Source of the DNA: Bacillota bacterium
Lineage (GTDB): Bacteria > Bacillota > DTU025
Reading direction: 5' to 3'
NCBI GenBank assembly: GCA_050951805.1
Contig: JBMNJT010000002.1
Location: 192,001-256,000, forward strand
DNA: 64,000 bases
In this document: positions 59,988-64,000 of the stretch, in pieces
How positions within the stretch are numbered: the first letter of the stretch is position 1
Layout of the letters: each line of letters opens with the position of its first letter
Translations under genes and position numbers: made by a program
The notes under the pieces: generated by a model
The model's database searches: none
Seen by the model: the letters and a program-made list of their open reading frames with translations, nothing else
Told to the model about the DNA's origin: nothing

Positions 59988-61205
59988 ATGAAGCTGAGAA
60001 GAACAGCGGCAGTTCTTGCTGCGATTCTTGTGACCTCTTTATTGGTGGCCGGGTGTGGACCGAGATCTTCAACAACTACAGGGTCAATCGCTGGATGTGT
60101 CGTGAAACATTCAATGGCAAGGTCCCTTTCCAGCCCAGAGCTGCAAGATGAAGCAGTAATAATCGTGCCGGAGCCCCCTGCGGATTCGTCCTATGTTGGG
60201 CTGCCGGGCATTAGGGTGGTAGCTGAGAGCACAGGATACCCGTCGCGCACGTATGTCGTGACTACAAACCGCTATGGCAACTTCCGAATGTCGCAGGTCG
60301 AACCCGGAGACTACGTAGTAAAGATAGCCGATGATCGTTTCATCTTGGGATACGCAATTCAATGTCGGGTGCAGGCCGGAAGGTCCACATATGTCGGCAC
60401 GGTGCCTATGGGCTCCCTACACCTGCTTTCCGTAGGAGTAAGTACCTACAGAAATCCGAGCCTGGCGCCTAATCTGACGTACGCGGCGTCCGATGCCGGG
60501 CTCATTGCGCAGGTGCTTGGCGTCGACAACAAACTGGTTGCAAGGACCGTGAGGCTCTGCGATTACGACGCGACGAAGGCCGGGATACTCGGTGCGATAG
60601 CATCGATGGGGCGCGAGATGGTCCCGTCAGACACTTTCATAATGTTCTTTTCGGGCCACGGATATCAGAATGCAAGTACGAACACCGAATACATCGTTCC
60701 GCATGACTACGATGGATACCTGACTTCACTTATAGCAGACTATGAGCTAAATGATTATCTGGACAGATACATCCCTGCAATACATAAGGTATTCGTATTC
60801 GATTCTTGCTACTCAGGCGGAATGTTCAAGGTTTTGGATCAATCGATGCCCGCGGGATTCACCCGTTCGACGGGCTTTGAAATCATGGCAAAAAACATCG
60901 TGGGACCGGGCAAGATCGTGATTACAGCGTGCGACAAGAACGAGCAGTCAATCGAAGGACCCCAATGGAACGGCGGCCTGTTTACATGGTTATTTGCTGG
61001 CGGGATGGAGCCGTACGGCCAGGTGCCGTATCCGGCGGACGGATGTTTCAACCATGTTCGGGATGGAATCATAACTACGCAGGAGATATTCGACTATGTC
61101 GAGTACTATGTGCCGAAGGAGGCAGAGCGGGTATCTCATACACAGAACCCTGTGATCTATCGTGGGCCCGACGGAAACGGCGTATGGCCTCTGTTCACGT
61201 ACTGA
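59988..61205 (+). CDS. Lipoprotein with a carboxypeptidase-regulatory-like domain and a caspase-family (C14) peptidase domain
   Basis: Lipobox 'LVAGC'; 'TNRYGNF....V.PGDY'; dyad motifs 'FSGHG' and 'DSCYSG'; 'GLFT', 'QNP'. Confidence 0.85.
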   Translation: MKLRRTAAVLAAILVTSLLVAGCGPRSSTTTGSIAGCVVKHSMARSLSSPELQDEAVIIVPEPPADSSYVGLPGIRVVAESTGYPSRTYVVTTNRYGNFRMSQVEPGDYVVKIADDRFILGYAIQCRVQAGRSTYVGTVPMGSLHLLSVGVSTYRNPSLAPNLTYAASDAGLIAQVLGVDNKLVARTVRLCDYDATKAGILGAIASMGREMVPSDTFIMFFSGHGYQNASTNTEYIVPHDYDGYLTSLIADYELNDYLDRYIPAIHKVFVFDSCYSGGMFKVLDQSMPAGFTRSTGFEIMAKNIVGPGKIVITACDKNEQSIEGPQWNGGLFTWLFAGGMEPYGQVPYPADGCFNHVRDGIITTQEIFDYVEYYVPKEAERVSHTQNPVIYRGPDGNGVWPLFTY

Positions 61206-61225
61206 GAATCTGAGATGAGCAATAG

Positions 61226-61266
61226 GGCGGCGGGGTGGGCATGCAACATGCGATAATCCTGCCGCC
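61226..61266. terminator. Hairpin between convergent genes
   Basis: GGCGGCGGGG...TCCTGCCGCC enclosing an inner GCATG/CATGC stem. Confidence 0.45.
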
Positions 61267-61268
61267 TG

Positions 61269-61790
61269 TTACCTCCCGCTTCCGCCCGCCCCTCCGCTGT
61301 GGCTGTCCCTGCTGTTAATCAGGTAATAGTAGTAAGTCAGGACTGCCACGAGGGCTGAGAGTATAGGCGGCAGGTCTTGGGATATCCTTGTGGCTACTGA
61401 TTTTCCTATGATTCCGCCTCCGAGGCGGCCGGTCATTTCAGTGCCTGTTACCTTGAGGTCGCAATCGAACCCGAAAACCGTGCCGCCGCACCTTCCGGTT
61501 ATCCGGTCAGTGCCTGAGAGAGATATGTCGTTTCCATCGATGATTCCGCCTACGCGCCCGTAAAGGCTTGCGTTGCTCCCAGCATGATACTTCGCGTCCA
61601 CGGACCTTCCGATGATGACGCCGCCTATGCGGCCTGAGACTGTTCCCCTAAGCTCGTCTACTGCAAGATCTATGTCTGCGCCGAATATGTCTCCTCCGAT
61701 GCGTCCATGTATTGATCCGGAGTCAGTTGCACAGTCCATACTAAGTCCGTCGATGACTCCGCCAACCCTTCCATAGATCGAAGAGGCCAT
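61269..61790 (-). CDS. Hypothetical protein with six GRxGG repeats and a C-terminal hydrophobic helix
   Basis: Six copies of GR[VILC]GG about 21-25 aa apart, then 'PPILSALVAVLTYYYY'. Confidence 0.75.
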   Translation of the reverse strand: MASSIYGRVGGVIDGLSMDCATDSGSIHGRIGGDIFGADIDLAVDELRGTVSGRIGGVIIGRSVDAKYHAGSNASLYGRVGGIIDGNDISLSGTDRITGRCGGTVFGFDCDLKVTGTEMTGRLGGGIIGKSVATRISQDLPPILSALVAVLTYYYYLINSRDSHSGGAGGSGR

Positions 61791-61835
61791 ATTGTACTCA
61801 GCTCCCATGCCCAAATATGTTCTGTCATAACGCGT

Positions 61836-63038
61836 TCATTCGTATCGCAGAGCGTCAACGGGGTTCATCTGCGCGGCCTTGACTGCAGGGAAGATGCCGA
61901 AGATCAGCCCTACAGCAGAAGAGAAACCCACAGCTGCCGCCACAGATGTCATGCTGAATGAAGGAGGCCACCCGGCCAGCCGTGAAATGCCTGACCCTGC
62001 CATCCAGCCCAAAATCATGCCTATGGCCCCGCCGATCAGGCTGAGGGCCAGAGCTTCAACGAGGAATTGAAGGAGTATGTCACGATTGCGGGCGCCGAGA
62101 GATTTCCTGATCCCGATCTCCCGGGTGCGCTCTGCCACTGATGTGAGTAGAGTATTCATTATCCCTATTCCGCCTACCAACAGACTGATGCCTGCGATAA
62201 TTCCGAGAAGCAGAGTCATCGTGGATGTTACCTGGTGCACCGCATCTAAAAGTGCTTCCTGTGAACCTACGTTGAACGCGCCGGGGTTGCCGGTGCGGGA
62301 TGCCAGGTATCTTTCGACTTGGGCAACTGCCGGTCCTGCCATCTCCGGCGACTGGGCCTGGCAATAGTACATGCTTATTCCGCGGATGGGCATCATCCTG
62401 TACAGCAGGCAAGTGATTGGGACGAATGCCTGGCTGTCGGAGTTCATGAACAGCATATCGCTTTTGGCGGCTACCACGCCCACAACCGTGAAATCGAACC
62501 GACGGCCTGCTGCCACCACGCCAATCTCGCGGCCTATCGGATCTTCATCTTCGAACAGAGCAGAGGCAGTCTTGGCGCCAAGAATGATGGATTTGGCCGC
62601 AGAGTCCACTTCAGCGGGGATTAGACTTCTTCCCATAACAATACTCTGGTTTGCTATCCTCATGTAATCCGAGGTGATTCCGATGATTGAAGTGTTTGTG
62701 CTTGAACTTGCCCAGCGAAGCTGCCCTTCGATCTGCGCCACAGGAGATACGGCAGACACCGCAGGCGCCGCGGCCTTCAGCTCCTCAGCCATCTCGATTG
62801 TGAGAGATGGCGAACTTGCGGACTTGGCTCCTCGCCCGATCTTGGGGGTTACAAGGATCATGTTCGATCCCAAGCCCGCTATCTCCGAGGCAATGCGCCG
62901 CTCGGCGCTGGTTCCTACTGAAATCATGGTGATAACCGAAGCAACGCCTATTACGATGCCGAGGGCGGAGAGCATGGTGCGAAGACGGTTTGCCCACAAA
63001 TTCCGGAAGGCGAGGCCTATTGTCTCAAGAAACCCCAT
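61836..63038 (-). CDS. MacB/FtsX-family ABC permease
   Basis: 'N.LRT.LS.LGIVIG', 'ISLLVGGIGIMN...SV.ERTREIG.RK..GA', 'P..ALR'. Confidence 0.93.
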   Translation of the reverse strand: MGFLETIGLAFRNLWANRLRTMLSALGIVIGVASVITMISVGTSAERRIASEIAGLGSNMILVTPKIGRGAKSASSPSLTIEMAEELKAAAPAVSAVSPVAQIEGQLRWASSSTNTSIIGITSDYMRIANQSIVMGRSLIPAEVDSAAKSIILGAKTASALFEDEDPIGREIGVVAAGRRFDFTVVGVVAAKSDMLFMNSDSQAFVPITCLLYRMMPIRGISMYYCQAQSPEMAGPAVAQVERYLASRTGNPGAFNVGSQEALLDAVHQVTSTMTLLLGIIAGISLLVGGIGIMNTLLTSVAERTREIGIRKSLGARNRDILLQFLVEALALSLIGGAIGMILGWMAGSGISRLAGWPPSFSMTSVAAAVGFSSAVGLIFGIFPAVKAAQMNPVDALRYE

Positions 63039-63729
63039 CCGCACCGCCTCCTTTACGAAGTTCTTCGACGAGCTCAATTGCCCCGTCACGCAGGTGGACT
63101 ATTCGATTGGCCCGTTCAGCTATCTCTCGGTCGTGCGTTACAAGGACTACCGTCGCTCCTTCAGCATTCAGTTGGGATAGTATGTCCAGTATTTCATGGC
63201 CAGTCTTCGAGTCCAGATTCCCCGTGGGCTCGTCGGCGAGAATAAGGGAAGGATTGTTTACAAGTGCTCTTGCTATGGCCGCCCTCTGCTTTTGCCCGCC
63301 TGATATCTCAGAAGGGCGGTGACGCATTCGGTCAGAAAGGCCTACTCGCTCCAAAGCTTCCGTTGCGATCCGCCGCCTCTCCTTGGCCTTCACCCCGGCA
63401 TATATGAGGGGAACCTCTACATTTGAGAGGATCGTTTCGCGTGGAAGCAGGTTGAATTGCTGAAACACGAATCCGATCCGCTTGTTGCGGATTTGGGCCA
63501 GGCTTGCATCGTCAAGGCGTGACACATCCTGCCCGCATAGGCGATACCGGCCTGATGTGGGCCGGTCGAGACAGCCAAGCACGTGCATGAGCGTGGATTT
63601 GCCAGATCCTGATGGCCCCATTATGGATACGAAGTCGGCATCGGCAATGCTGAGAGTGATATCCTGGATAGCTGTGACCTCGAATGAACCCATAGAGTAG
63701 ATCTTGGTCACGTTTTCCAGATCAACCAC
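63025..63729 (-). CDS. MacB/LolD-family ABC ATP-binding protein
   Basis: GPSGSGKS, GFVFQ, SGGQ, ADEPTGNLD, VTH. Confidence 0.95.
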   Translation of the reverse strand: MVDLENVTKIYSMGSFEVTAIQDITLSIADADFVSIMGPSGSGKSTLMHVLGCLDRPTSGRYRLCGQDVSRLDDASLAQIRNKRIGFVFQQFNLLPRETILSNVEVPLIYAGVKAKERRRIATEALERVGLSDRMRHRPSEISGGQKQRAAIARALVNNPSLILADEPTGNLDSKTGHEILDILSQLNAEGATVVLVTHDREIAERANRIVHLRDGAIELVEELRKGGGADGVS

Positions 63730-63747
63730 GAAAACCGCCCCCCTGCT

Positions 63748-63999
63748 TCAATCGTCGATGCGCTGGACATCAAAGGTGATGAAACGATCTTGCCCCGCTG
63801 CGCGCCTCAGTTTTTCCTGGACGGCGACTGCATCCAGTACGATGATATCGCCAGGCTCGAGGCCAGAGAGAACATGAGTGTATTCGCCATCAGACAACCC
63901 AAGTTCGAGAGGGACGAATATGGGAATATCATCTTCAATCCTTATTGCCGATGGTTCGCCTTCGTGATCGATCCAAGAGCGAATCGGTATCTTGACTAC
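63748..63999 (-). CDS. Efflux periplasmic adaptor (MFP) C-terminus, 5'-partial
   Basis: Hand translation gives 'VVKIP...LELGLSDGEYTHVLSGLEPGDIIV', directly upstream of the ABC ATPase. Confidence 0.7.
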   Translation of the reverse strand, partial: VVKIPIRSWIDHEGEPSAIRIEDDIPIFVPLELGLSDGEYTHVLSGLEPGDIIVLDAVAVQEKLRRAAGQDRFITFDVQRIDD

Positions 64000-64000
64000 G

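Noticed and set aside
1-64000. CRISPR array, tRNA, rRNA, prophage
   Set aside because: No regularly spaced repeats, cloverleaf or rRNA signatures, or phage structural genes were seen by eye.

Overview
Chromosomal, mostly metabolic window of moderately high GC (estimated by eye). It is most consistent with a diderm Bacillota: Firmicute-type DegV, YtrA, SdpI and DUF2905 genes and SigA/SigH-like promoters occur alongside an outer-membrane PorV-like beta-barrel. Main content, in order: a DUF1538-DUF1538-P-II module upstream of the nickel-pincer genes larE-larB-larC (no larA); a HAD-IIB/GH65 fusion next to an eroded LacI/sugar-binding remnant; a hydantoinase-A/HDAC pair; purC; a YtrA-ABC operon with a duplicated permease; an NDP-forming acyl-CoA synthetase; arcC and nagA; a ~17 kb ROK-associated catabolic locus (NPP, beta-propeller, two Gfo/Idh/MocA, sugar ABC, PhoA-EEP-GATase-like fusion, DUF6259-like, PHP, two UPF0309/NagS-like SIS proteins); an intact IS1634 with clear IRs and a 6-bp TSD splitting degV; an orphan N4/N6 DNA methyltransferase; tcdA; and a group of exported proteins (transglutaminase-like, two-domain repeat, caspase-family lipoprotein) beside a six-repeat GRxGG protein and a MacAB-type transporter. 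No rRNA, tRNA, CRISPR array or prophage was seen. All family calls come from motif recognition by eye, not database searches. The best candidates for undescribed biology are the ROK locus, the HAD-GH65 fusion and the DUF1538/P-II/lar linkage.
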